Source: a bacterium
GTDB taxonomy: Bacteria > UBA8248
DNA length: 64,000 nucleotides
Assembly: GCA_965221165.1 (NCBI GenBank)
Contig: CBDCRP010000002.1
Coordinates: 1,216,001 to 1,280,000, forward strand
Reading direction: 5' to 3'
In this document: positions 8,862 to 18,451 of the stretch, piece after piece
Position numbering within the stretch: the first letter of the stretch is position 1
Layout of the letters: every line of letters starts with the position of its first letter
Translations under genes and position numbers: made by a program
Notes under the pieces: model-generated
Seen by the model: the letters and a program-made list of their open reading frames with translations, nothing else
Told to the model about the DNA's origin: nothing
Database searches by the model: none

Positions 8862-10280
8862 CTAGCTCGCCAGGCGCTGCTTCATCGCCTCGAATTCGGC
8901 TTCGAAGAAGAATTCATCCTCCCCGAACGCCGGTTTGAGGCCAGTGAGCCAAGTGGCGTTTTCGTCATACTCAGCGAAGAAGACGCGGCCCATCCATTCG
9001 GGGTTTCTCGCCTGAAGGAACTGAAGCGCGATGATGCGTTCGCCGCGGACCTCCTCTATTCCTAAGACTTGCACCTTGCCGGGCGCTGCGCTCATTGTGG
9101 GCCCCCGCGCGGTTCGCGCAAGGCCAGGCACCTGGGAGATCGCTTTTCGGTAAATCGCATGAGCTTCCACCAGAGGCAGCTCGAAGTAGCGCTTGGCGCC
9201 CGTGTCTCTTTCCACGAACATGTAATAGGGTATCAGGCCCAGCCGCACCTGCTCTTTCCACATGCTCGCCCACATATCCGCATCGTCGTTGATATGCCTG
9301 AGAAGAGGCGCCTGCGTCCTGATGACGGCGCCCGTATCCCGCACTCTTCTGATCGCCTCGCGCGCCATTGGGGTCTCGACTTCACGCCTGTGATTGAAAT
9401 GCGACATGATGGCGATGTGCTTGCCGCCCTTCACCAGCTTTTCGAAAAGGCGAAGCGCATCGTCCGCATCGGCGTCCGAGGTGAAGCGATACGGCCAGAA
9501 AGTCAGAGCCTTCGTGCCGATGCGAATGTCTCGGATGTGAGCGAAGCGCGAATCGTCGAGCAGGGGCAGCATATAGCTCTCGAGCGCCTTGGTCTTCATG
9601 ATCATCGGATCCCCGCCGGTGAAGAGGACGTCCGTCACCTCTTTATGCTCGGCGAGATATCTGTGAAGGACGTCCACATCCGTGGAGATGAAGCGCAGTT
9701 CCTTATCCCCCACGAACTGCGCCCAGCGGAAGCAGAAGGTGCAGTAGGCGTGGCACGTCTGCCCCTGACCCGGGAAGAAAAGCACCGTTTCATGGTATTT
9801 GTGCTGCATACCATCCAGGTGTTCATCATCCAGGGTGGGCACGTTCAGCGCCTGCTGTCCGCCGGGGTGCGGATTCAGGCCGGCCCTGATCTCGTGAATG
9901 GCGGCGTTGAGCTGGTCCTTGGGCGCGTCTCGCCTCAGAAGGTCCGCGACACATTCAAAATCCTCTTTCGAGATCATTCCCTCCTGGGGAAAAGAGAGCT
10001 GGAACAAGGGATCCTCGGGCACATTGTCCCAATCGATGAGATTCTCCACCATGTAGCGGTTCGTGCGGAAGGGCAGCACATGCCCCACCACCTTCATGCT
10101 GAAGCGAATGTCCTCGGGCAGATTCTGCAACTCGGGAACCTTGTCTATTTGCTGGACCACAATCGGCTTGTAGCGGGGCGGCTCCAGGGAGATCAGGTTC
10201 TGGCCGTTCGGGCCGCCGTTTTGAGCTTTAGGTGTACCCGCCTCGCCATGAGCGGGATTCTCAGAAGAAGGTATGTTCAT
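8862..10280 (-). CDS. KamA-family radical SAM aminomutase (lysine 2,3-aminomutase-like)
   Basis: HKY.ET.L, CHAYCTFCFR, LFTGGDP, HFNH, PYYMF and PGK (PLP lysine). Confidence 0.85.
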   Translation of the reverse strand: MNIPSSENPAHGEAGTPKAQNGGPNGQNLISLEPPRYKPIVVQQIDKVPELQNLPEDIRFSMKVVGHVLPFRTNRYMVENLIDWDNVPEDPLFQLSFPQEGMISKEDFECVADLLRRDAPKDQLNAAIHEIRAGLNPHPGGQQALNVPTLDDEHLDGMQHKYHETVLFFPGQGQTCHAYCTFCFRWAQFVGDKELRFISTDVDVLHRYLAEHKEVTDVLFTGGDPMIMKTKALESYMLPLLDDSRFAHIRDIRIGTKALTFWPYRFTSDADADDALRLFEKLVKGGKHIAIMSHFNHRREVETPMAREAIRRVRDTGAVIRTQAPLLRHINDDADMWASMWKEQVRLGLIPYYMFVERDTGAKRYFELPLVEAHAIYRKAISQVPGLARTARGPTMSAAPGKVQVLGIEEVRGERIIALQFLQARNPEWMGRVFFAEYDENATWLTGLKPAFGEDEFFFEAEFEAMKQRLAS

Positions 10281-10552
10281 TTCCTGGCCTCCTGCGCTTG
10301 ACGTTCAAGTCGATTCGTTCCTCGTCGGTTCTCTTTTCTTCCTTATTTTAATTTAGTTCTAACCTTCACAATGCGCCATGCCTACATCTGCATCATGCTA
10401 GCATGAATCGACCATATATCAAGAAATAATTGACCACGACCGGCTTACATCGCGAAAAATACGCCGCCTGAAATCAAAATTCAAAAAAACCGCAAAAACC
10501 TGCCACCCGCGGAACATCCGACGAAAAAGCAAGTCTTTCGCCTTCTTATTAC

Positions 10553-11296
10553 TTAGTGGGGCATGTGGGCGGGGTTCCAGAACTCGCCCGTGCGAATTGT
10601 GTGGGCCTGCCGATCGCTGTCGGGGTGCCAGCTATCCTCGTTCTTGCGCGCCTGTTCTTCGAAATCATATTCGACCCGGTGAATCTCGCCTTCCCATTTC
10701 CCGTCTCCCTGGTATTCGAGAAGGACGTAGGCGGGGCGGTTGTCCCCGTCCCAACTCACGGCGGCGGAGGCTGCGCAAACGAGGGTCTGGCTCCCGACCT
10801 GGCGGATATAAGGGCCGTGCACCTGCCCGAAGGCCACGACTTCTGATTTCTCACCCGCGAGGCGTTCGATGATCTCATCGTCACTCAACCGAAGCGGGAG
10901 GGCGCCCTCGTCGTTCCCCGGCGCGCCGTGAAAGATGCGAAGGTCGTGGCCGGGTTCTGGCGTAATCGTCATTTCACGAGGCAGCCCCCGGAGCCAGTCG
11001 AGTTGATCATCCGTCAGATGCTCGCGCGTCAGGCGGGAACTCTCGTTTCGGGCGGGAAAGGCATTTTCCTGCTCATCGACGTGGTCGATGACCCAGCGGT
11101 CGAAATTCCCCAGTATGGGCAAGCAGTTTTTCCGCGAGCGCAGGCGATCGACCACCTCACCCGGCTCCGGCCCGCCCATGACGTGGTCTCCAGGCACGAT
11201 CTCCCAGTGCACGTCGTCGTGCTTGTCGATTTCCGCCAGAACGACGTCCAGAGGCGTGAGTTGGGCATGAATATCGGAATAAAGCGCCAGTTTCAT
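10553..11296 (-). CDS. Calcineurin-like metallophosphoesterase
   Basis: SDIH, GD, GNxD and HG motifs. Confidence 0.8.
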   Translation of the reverse strand: MKLALYSDIHAQLTPLDVVLAEIDKHDDVHWEIVPGDHVMGGPEPGEVVDRLRSRKNCLPILGNFDRWVIDHVDEQENAFPARNESSRLTREHLTDDQLDWLRGLPREMTITPEPGHDLRIFHGAPGNDEGALPLRLSDDEIIERLAGEKSEVVAFGQVHGPYIRQVGSQTLVCAASAAVSWDGDNRPAYVLLEYQGDGKWEGEIHRVEYDFEEQARKNEDSWHPDSDRQAHTIRTGEFWNPAHMPH

Positions 11297-11352
11297 TCTA
11301 GTTCTCCATGATTAGATGATGTGCGAATATCAAATTTATGACGATGAGCGCG

Positions 11353-12687
11353 CTAGTCTAACAATCTCCTCCCCGATTCCGCCAACGCCTCCATCTTCTC
11401 CCTGAGGCGGGGATAGCGCAGATTGCCGTTTTTCTTCACGATTTTTCCGGCCACAAACACCGTGTCCACGTTTGCGAAAGACGCCTGGAAAACGACCGTC
11501 TCGAGCGGGTCGTTCACGGGATAAAGGTTCAAATCACTCTTTCTGATCAGAATGACGTCCGCCTGCTTGCCGGGTTTGAGCGTTCCCGCCTTGTATCCGA
11601 GCCCCAGGGCGTTGGCGCCGTCTATCGTCGCCCATTCCAGCGCGCGCCTCGCCGGAACCACGATTTGCGTCGGCGAGGTTTTTCCGTCGAGTATCTTCTG
11701 GTTCTCCTGCGCGCGGGCGAACTGGAGCCCCACCCGCATCATGGTGAACATGTCGCCGCTGATGTTCGATTCCACGTCGATGCCCAGCGTCGGCCTGCCG
11801 CCCAGCGCCAGAACCCGCCCGATGACGGGCTCGCCGTGGCCCATCTGCATCTCCACTTCGGGACACGAGGTTACCGAACAGCCCGAATCGACGAGGATTC
11901 TCAATTCCTCCTCGCTCAACTGGTTCGCGTGCACGGCGTTGAAATCGGGCCCCAGAAGCCCCTTGCGCGCCAATTTCCTGACGCCGTCGGGCGTCACCCG
12001 GTAGAACCCGCCGCCGATGTGCGCGCTCCACAGCAAATCGTATTCGCGGGCCAAGCAAATATCGTGCACGCACATCTCGAGCGTAGAAAGATCGGGCCCT
12101 CTCGTGGCCAGCGCCAGTTTGATGAGACCGCCGTCCGAAGCCAGCCGCCCCGCCCGCAAGCGTTTTATCTCATCCGGGGGATGCGGCCTGTGGCTGAGCG
12201 GCAACTCGCCCTCGGCAATTTTGGGCTTGGGCGTTCCATGGCCGAAAACCGCGCAGATGCCCGCCTCCTCCAGCCCGTCGAGACCCGCGTCGGTGTACTC
12301 GGGCGTGGGATTGTTGTGACACCAATCAAAAAGCGTCGTGACGCCGCCATTGAGCTGGTTCAGCGCGCCCACCAGATTCGCGAGATAAACGTCTTCCGGC
12401 TGAAATCTGGGGCCGAAGCCCTCGTGCATCTGCCGAATGTACTCCGCCAGCGACCAGTCGCCCGCGACCCCGCGTATGCCCGTCTGCCAGGTGTGTTGAT
12501 GTGCGTTCACAAAACCCGGCATGACGATGAAATCGCTCGCGTCTATGCTCTCGGCCTCGGGCGCATGGACGTTTCGGCCGACTTCTCTTATCTCATCATC
12601 CTCGATGAGCAGGTCGCCGCCTTCAATATCGCCGAGTTCGGGGTCGAGCGTGAGGATGCTCCCCCCGCGCAAGAGCGTTCCTCCCAT
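11353..12687 (-). CDS. Amidohydrolase (cytosine/MTA deaminase-like)
   Basis: PGFVNAHQH, AH, VHAN, LGID and G.L.PGKQAD motifs. Confidence 0.85.
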   Translation of the reverse strand: MGGTLLRGGSILTLDPELGDIEGGDLLIEDDEIREVGRNVHAPEAESIDASDFIVMPGFVNAHQHTWQTGIRGVAGDWSLAEYIRQMHEGFGPRFQPEDVYLANLVGALNQLNGGVTTLFDWCHNNPTPEYTDAGLDGLEEAGICAVFGHGTPKPKIAEGELPLSHRPHPPDEIKRLRAGRLASDGGLIKLALATRGPDLSTLEMCVHDICLAREYDLLWSAHIGGGFYRVTPDGVRKLARKGLLGPDFNAVHANQLSEEELRILVDSGCSVTSCPEVEMQMGHGEPVIGRVLALGGRPTLGIDVESNISGDMFTMMRVGLQFARAQENQKILDGKTSPTQIVVPARRALEWATIDGANALGLGYKAGTLKPGKQADVILIRKSDLNLYPVNDPLETVVFQASFANVDTVFVAGKIVKKNGNLRYPRLREKMEALAESGRRLLD

Positions 12688-13796
12688 TACAGAGACCCTC
12701 CCTCTGGCGGGGCGAACTCCCTGAGCGCCTCATCGTTCCATTCCAGTCCGAGTCCGGGTTTGTTGGAGAGAATCAGGTTTCCGTCCTTAAACTCCATCGG
12801 CTCCTTGATGATGCATTCCCACCAGGGCATGTGCTCGCACCAGACGCCGTGTTCCTCTGCGCTCAAAAGATGCGCCGAAACCTCGTGGAACAGATGCGGA
12901 GTCACCGGCTTTCCAAAATCCTTCGCCAACGCCGCCGCGCGACGCCAGCCCGTGACGCCTGAGCAACGCTCCAGATCGGGCATCAGGATATCGGCCGCGC
13001 CCGCCGCGAGCAGGTGACGCATCCCCCGGGGGTTGTAGTTCGTCTCCCCGGTGCAAATGGGAATGTTGCTGGCCTTGGCGACCTCCGCGCATCCCCTGAT
13101 GTCTTCGTGATCGACCGGCTCCTCCACCCAGTAGAGGTCAAAGGGTTCGAACGCTTTGCAGGCCTTTATGGCGGTTTCCACGTCCCATGCCTGGTTGGCA
13201 TCCACCATGAGCGCGACATAGCTGCCTATCGCCTCGCGCACCGCGCGAACCCGCTCGACGTCCTCATCCACGCTCCCACCCACACGGAGCTTCATGGCCT
13301 TGAAACCGCGCGCCTTGAGTGCGGCGGCTTCTTCTATGAGTTCGTCTATCGTCAGATTGAGCCAAAGACCTTCGCTCGCGTAGCAGGGAATCTCCCGCCT
13401 TTCACCGCCGAGGAACTTCCAGAGCGGCTGGCCCGCCGCCTGGGCGGCCAGGTCCCAGCACGCGGTATCCAGCGCGGACATCGCCAGGGCGCTGATGCCG
13501 TCGCGCCCGACGAAGCTCACCGCCTTGCGCATCGTCTCCCAGTTCGCCTCGGCCTCGGCCGGGTCCTTGCCCAGAAGATTGGCGAACAGATCACGCACCA
13601 TCGCTATCATCGCGCGGGTGCGCTCGGGACCGAAGGCGAAGCACCAGCCGTGGCCCTTCAAACCCTCTTTCGTGCGAAGGGTGACGCAGCAGGTATCCAC
13701 CGCCCGCACTTCGAAAGTGGCCACCTTGAGCGACCGGACAAGCGGCACGCACACGTGCGCAGGCGTCATGCTGATGATGGTTTGAGAAGACGGCAA
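12687..13796 (-). CDS. Mandelate racemase/muconate lactonizing enzyme family
   Basis: D.ACWDL, KxR, VDAN, WVEEP, TGE, PH; TTG start chosen after AAGGAGG. Confidence 0.85.
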   Translation of the reverse strand: MPSSQTIISMTPAHVCVPLVRSLKVATFEVRAVDTCCVTLRTKEGLKGHGWCFAFGPERTRAMIAMVRDLFANLLGKDPAEAEANWETMRKAVSFVGRDGISALAMSALDTACWDLAAQAAGQPLWKFLGGERREIPCYASEGLWLNLTIDELIEEAAALKARGFKAMKLRVGGSVDEDVERVRAVREAIGSYVALMVDANQAWDVETAIKACKAFEPFDLYWVEEPVDHEDIRGCAEVAKASNIPICTGETNYNPRGMRHLLAAGAADILMPDLERCSGVTGWRRAAALAKDFGKPVTPHLFHEVSAHLLSAEEHGVWCEHMPWWECIIKEPMEFKDGNLILSNKPGLGLEWNDEALREFAPPEGGSL

Positions 13797-13938
13797 AACA
13801 GACCTCCTTCTGGACAAGTGAGAGACGTGGCGCAATTGTTCATATATTCAGGCGACAGGTTACCCTGTTCGGCTCCGAATGGCTATAATTTCACGGACGA
13901 TATTTCCAGAACAACAACACCGGGGAGCAAAACCTTCG

Positions 13939-15018
13939 ATGGCCACCGTCAGACTCCAGAAAATCATCTCCCAAGCGGGACTCGCCTCGCGCCGGGAGGC
14001 GGAGCGTTTGATCGCGGAGGGCCGCGTCCAGGTGAACGGAGAGCCCGTGCTCACCCTCGGCGCCAAGGCGGACCCGCTCACGGACTCCGTCAAGGTGGAC
14101 GGAAAGCTCATCACGCGAAAGGAGCCTCCCGTCTATCTGGTGCTGAACAAGCCCAAGCACGTGCTCACCACCATACGGGACGAGGAGGGCAAGGACAGGC
14201 CCACGGTGGCGGATTTGCTGCCCCGTGGACTTAGGCGCGTATTCCCCGTCGGCAGGCTTGATTTCGACGTCGAGGGGGTATTGCTCCTCACCAACGATGG
14301 CGAGATAGCGCACCGCCTCGCCCATCCGAGTTACGAGATACCCCGCGTCTATGAGGCGAAGGTAAAAGGGATGCCCTCCGAGACCGCCCTCACCCGGATG
14401 TCGGATGGTTCATGGATGCGCGGACGGGGCCAAAAACCCCAGACGGCCCATGTGCGGATCATCCGCGGGAAGACGGAGAAAAACGCATGGCTCAGAATCG
14501 AACTCCGCGAGGGCAGACAGCACCAGGTCAAGAAAATGTGCGAGGCCGTGGGGCATCCCGTCATCAAGCTGCTCAGGCGCGCATACGCAGGCATTACGGT
14601 GAAGGGCCTCCCAGGCGCCCACGTGAGAACGCTCACCCACGACGAAGTCGAGAAACTCAAACAGATGACGAAAATCCAGGCCTCCCCGGTGAAGCGTCCG
14701 CCGTCCAAAGCAGGCTGGGCCAAGGCCAGGACGAACCCGAAACGCAGGGCGCGTAAACAATCCACGAATCAAAAAACGAAAGAGCCCGGAAAACCGAAAT
14801 CTCTCAAGAAATTACTCCTCTTTCTGCTCGGGCTCTCCTACGCGCTCGCTCCCCAGGCGGTAAGCGCACATCAGAAAAAAGATGCGCGGATAATGATCAT
14901 TGCGCATCGGGTCGAGGCTCTCGTGGGTGGTGAGAAGCCGAAAAAAACCGCGTATTCAGGAAACGCGCGTCTGATGAACAAACCGGATAAGGAAAGCATG
15001 GGGCTTCCTGTGTTATGA
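13939..15018 (+). CDS. rluB: rRNA pseudouridine synthase (RluB/RsuA family, S4 domain) with an aberrant C-terminal tail
   Basis: RLQKIISQAG.ASRR.AE, LNKP, PVGRLD, LLLTNDG, EGR.HQVK.M. Confidence 0.85.
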   Translation: MATVRLQKIISQAGLASRREAERLIAEGRVQVNGEPVLTLGAKADPLTDSVKVDGKLITRKEPPVYLVLNKPKHVLTTIRDEEGKDRPTVADLLPRGLRRVFPVGRLDFDVEGVLLLTNDGEIAHRLAHPSYEIPRVYEAKVKGMPSETALTRMSDGSWMRGRGQKPQTAHVRIIRGKTEKNAWLRIELREGRQHQVKKMCEAVGHPVIKLLRRAYAGITVKGLPGAHVRTLTHDEVEKLKQMTKIQASPVKRPPSKAGWAKARTNPKRRARKQSTNQKTKEPGKPKSLKKLLLFLLGLSYALAPQAVSAHQKKDARIMIIAHRVEALVGGEKPKKTAYSGNARLMNKPDKESMGLPVL

Positions 15019-15060
15019 TGAGTAAACATACACGAGGACAGTAAAAAGGCCGCTTCGACG

Positions 15061-15666
15061 ATGAGCGCACCTGCTCCAAACAGATTAACGCTGGCGACCA
15101 AGATCACGCTGGTCCGGGTTTTCCTGATCCCCGTTTTCGTGATGTGCCTCGCCTACAAGAAACCGGGAATCGCCCTGGCCGTCTTCATCATCGCGGGCGT
15201 GGCGGACGGCGTGGACGGCTATATCGCGAGGTCGCGAGGCGAGATGACGTCACTGGGCGCCATGCTCGACCCCATCGCGGACAAGCTGCTCATGTTCACC
15301 GCATACATCATGATGGGGGTTTCAGGACAAATTCCGATCTGGCTGGCCGTCGTCGTCGTGAGCCGGGATTTGCTGCTTTGCATCGGCTGCATGGCGTTGT
15401 TCATGACGGTGGGCTTTCAGACGCCATCGCCCTCGTTTTTGGGAAAAGCCACGACGACCGCCCAGATGGTCACCGCGGGGGCCGCGCTTTTGGCGGCGGC
15501 GCTGGGAGCGGAGCAGAACATCGTGCTGTTGTCTACGTTCCTGATCACCTGTGTCCTGACGCTCGCCTCAGGGGTTCATTATCTTTTTTTCGTAGGCACT
15601 CGGATGATTTACCAGAAACCAGAGGGCGGCCAGGTGGGGAAATCCACCTCTGCAGCCCGGGACTGA
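15061..15666 (+). CDS. CDP-alcohol phosphatidyltransferase (PgsA-like)
   Basis: DGVDGYIAR...T.LG..LDP.ADK signature. Confidence 0.9.
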   Translation: MSAPAPNRLTLATKITLVRVFLIPVFVMCLAYKKPGIALAVFIIAGVADGVDGYIARSRGEMTSLGAMLDPIADKLLMFTAYIMMGVSGQIPIWLAVVVVSRDLLLCIGCMALFMTVGFQTPSPSFLGKATTTAQMVTAGAALLAAALGAEQNIVLLSTFLITCVLTLASGVHYLFFVGTRMIYQKPEGGQVGKSTSAARD

Positions 15667-15682
15667 GGCCAGGTCACCCAAC

Positions 15683-16741
15683 ATGGACAATCCATCCCAA
15701 ATCCTCACGTGGAAGAGAATCTGGCTCATCCTCATATTCATCGCCGCCGTCTGGCTTTTGGTGAGCGCGCGGGCGGCCCTAATTCCTTTGGCGGCTTCCT
15801 TCATCCTCGCCTATTTGCTCCAGCCCCTGGTCGACAGGCTGGAAACCTGGAAAATACCACGCCCCCTCGCCGTCTTGATCCCATTGCTGGGCTTGGGCCT
15901 GATTCTATTCGTTTTGTGGGTGAGCATATCGCCCTTGGTGCAAGAGCAGATAACGGCATTCGCCCAAAAACTACCCGGTTACATCACCGACGCCCAAGCA
16001 TGGCTCATCGCCACGCTCGATAGATTCGACCTTCCCCAGACCGCCGAACTGAAGAAGTACTTCACCGAAAACCTTTCTCTCCTGGGGCAGTTGCCCGTGT
16101 CGGCGCTCAAGACGGGCGGATCGTTTCTCCTGAAAACGACCAGCGGCCTCTTCTCCATCGCCATCGGCATGATCTACCTCATCCTCATTCCAGTCATGAC
16201 CTTCTACATATTAAGAGACTGGAAACAGATATTGGCGGCGTTTTTCGCCTACGTTCACCACGATTACCGCAAAGAGGTGGAGAAGAGGGTTTTCCGGCTC
16301 GACGAGCTCCTCGGTTCATTCATCAAGGGCCAGTTGCTTATCGCCTTCATCCTCTCCGCCTTGTACGTCCTGGGCTTTTTCATCGTGGACATGCCGCTGT
16401 GGCTGGTGCTGGGCATCTTCACGGGGATATCCTGCATGTTCCCCTACGTGGAATGGATTATCGCCCTGCCTATCGCCTTGCTGCTCTCAGCACTCGCGCA
16501 TCAGGACTGGCTCCACCCGTTGGCGACTCTGGCCGTGTTCGGGGTCATCTCGCCCGCCGCGGGCGTTTTCCTCGTGCCCCGCATACTGGGTAACCGCATC
16601 GGGCTTCACCCCGTGGTGGTGCTCTCATCCATCATGATAGGGGGTGAGTTGATGGGCTTCGCGGGAATTTTGCTGGCCGTGCCGCTCGCGGCGGCCATCA
16701 AGGTGGGACTCGAGGCCATCAGCGACTACTACCTGACATAA
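15683..16741 (+). CDS. AI-2E family transporter (PerM-like)
   Basis: LAYLL.P.V, FI.GQL, PRILG..IGLHP, G.LLAVP. Confidence 0.9.
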   Translation: MDNPSQILTWKRIWLILIFIAAVWLLVSARAALIPLAASFILAYLLQPLVDRLETWKIPRPLAVLIPLLGLGLILFVLWVSISPLVQEQITAFAQKLPGYITDAQAWLIATLDRFDLPQTAELKKYFTENLSLLGQLPVSALKTGGSFLLKTTSGLFSIAIGMIYLILIPVMTFYILRDWKQILAAFFAYVHHDYRKEVEKRVFRLDELLGSFIKGQLLIAFILSALYVLGFFIVDMPLWLVLGIFTGISCMFPYVEWIIALPIALLLSALAHQDWLHPLATLAVFGVISPAAGVFLVPRILGNRIGLHPVVVLSSIMIGGELMGFAGILLAVPLAAAIKVGLEAISDYYLT

Positions 16742-16786
16742 GTTCTTTTAGACACTCCTGGCGGGACGGCGAGACCGCGCCGCCAA

Positions 16787-17311
16787 TCAGGCGGGTATTT
16801 CCACGCCCCGGTCCACCGCGCGCGCCATCAGGAAGAGAAGATCGGAGACGCGGTTGAGGTAAATGAGGAGTTCGGGATTGTCGATGTAGCCCTCATCGCG
16901 CAGCTTCACCGACCATCTCTCCCCCCGGCGGACGATGGTGAGCGCCATGTCCAGGGCGGCGCCGCAGGGAGAATCTCCCGAGATCACCCAGTCGGTGATT
17001 TGAATCTCTTTTTCATAGCGCGCCACCTGCGCATCGGCCCACGCGACCTGCTCTGCGCCCACGCGCTCGCTGAGCCTTCCGGTCTTGCCCCGCAGCGTCG
17101 CCAGGTCGCTGCTCACGAGGTAGAGGTCTTTCTGGATCTTGAAAATCTCAGGCTTCAGCCACTTAGGCGCCATCGAGCGAGCGAGGCCGAGAGCTGCTTT
17201 CGCCTCATCGAGAGCCCCGTAGGCATGCACCTGGGGATGATACTTGGGAACCCTGTCCGCAAACCACAAATCGGTGTTCCCATCGTCTCCTCTTCTCGTG
17301 ACGATGGACAT
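16787..17311 (-). CDS. PduO-type ATP:corrinoid adenosyltransferase
   Basis: IVTRRGDDG.T.L, AYG.LDE, VRR.ER, YLNR.SDLLF..AR. Confidence 0.9.
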   Translation of the reverse strand: MSIVTRRGDDGNTDLWFADRVPKYHPQVHAYGALDEAKAALGLARSMAPKWLKPEIFKIQKDLYLVSSDLATLRGKTGRLSERVGAEQVAWADAQVARYEKEIQITDWVISGDSPCGAALDMALTIVRRGERWSVKLRDEGYIDNPELLIYLNRVSDLLFLMARAVDRGVEIPA

Positions 17312-17328
17312 CGCATCACTCCTTTCGG

Positions 17329-18390
17329 CTAGAGTCTCTTGATGACGTCGGCGGCGGCGGAGCGCGTCGTCCCGCTGCCGCCCAAGTCCGCAGTTCGGTT
17401 CCCGTGGGCCAGATGCGCGCGAACCGCGCCGTCGAGCCGTTTGGCCGCACTCTCCTCGCCCAGATAATCGAGCATCAAGGAGGCGGAGAACAGCGCAGCC
17501 ACAGGGTTGGCGATTCCTTTGCCCATGATATCGGGTGCCGAGCCGTGCACGGGCTCGAACAAACCGGGCGCATCGCCCCTTGGGTTCGTGTTCGCGCTCG
17601 CGGCGACCCCCAGTCCGCCGACGATGGCGGCGCCCAAATCCGTCAAGATGTCGCCGAACAGGTTCGTGGACACCACGACGTCGAAAACCTCGGGCCGTCT
17701 CACGAACTCGAGAGCGGCGGCGTCTACGAGATACTTCACCGTCTTAACTTTCTTATAGCGGGGCCTTGCGGCGATTTCTTCGAAAATCTCATCCCACATA
17801 ACCAGCGTGTGGCCCTGCGCGTTTGATTTCGTGATGTTCGTCACGTGTTTTTTTCGCTTGAGCGCCGCCTCGAACGCCGCTTCGATAATGCGCTCACAAC
17901 CAGCCCGCGTGAAAAGCGTTATCTGCGCGGCCAGTTCCGATGGGTGTCCCGCGTAATGTCTGCCGCCGATGGGGCTGTACTCTCCCTCGGTGTTCTCGCG
18001 AAAGAAGAGCATGTCGATGTCGCCCGGCTCATAACCGCGCAACGGCGATTCCAGCCCCTCGTATAAAACGATGGGGCGCATGTTGACGTACAAATCGAAC
18101 CCCCTGCGCAGCGGCAACAGGAGCTGGTTGAGCGTGATGTGGTCGGGAATGTCGGGCCTACCTACGGCGCCCAAGAGAATCGCATCGTGTTTTTTGACGC
18201 GGTTCAGGAAATTCTCCGGGCACATCCTGCCCGTCTCGTGATAAAAATCGCTCCCCCAAGGGTATCTCGTAAAAGAAAATTCCAGGCCGGGCTCGGTTTT
18301 CGACAGCGCCCTTAAGACGCGCACCGCCTGGGTGACGACCTCGGGCCCGATTCCGTCCGCGGGGATTAAGCCAATGCTGTGCTTCGCCAT
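17329..18390 (-). CDS. Tartrate/isopropylmalate dehydrogenase family decarboxylating dehydrogenase
   Basis: DGIGPEV, RENTEGEYS, TKSNA, NLFGDILTDL, FEPVHGSAPDI. Confidence 0.9.
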   Translation of the reverse strand: MAKHSIGLIPADGIGPEVVTQAVRVLRALSKTEPGLEFSFTRYPWGSDFYHETGRMCPENFLNRVKKHDAILLGAVGRPDIPDHITLNQLLLPLRRGFDLYVNMRPIVLYEGLESPLRGYEPGDIDMLFFRENTEGEYSPIGGRHYAGHPSELAAQITLFTRAGCERIIEAAFEAALKRKKHVTNITKSNAQGHTLVMWDEIFEEIAARPRYKKVKTVKYLVDAAALEFVRRPEVFDVVVSTNLFGDILTDLGAAIVGGLGVAASANTNPRGDAPGLFEPVHGSAPDIMGKGIANPVAALFSASLMLDYLGEESAAKRLDGAVRAHLAHGNRTADLGGSGTTRSAAADVIKRL

Positions 18391-18451
18391 CGCTTCTCCT
18401 TCATGCTCCCGTGTGCGGCAGGTACGTCGCTCGCATCCACACCGCGAAGAA

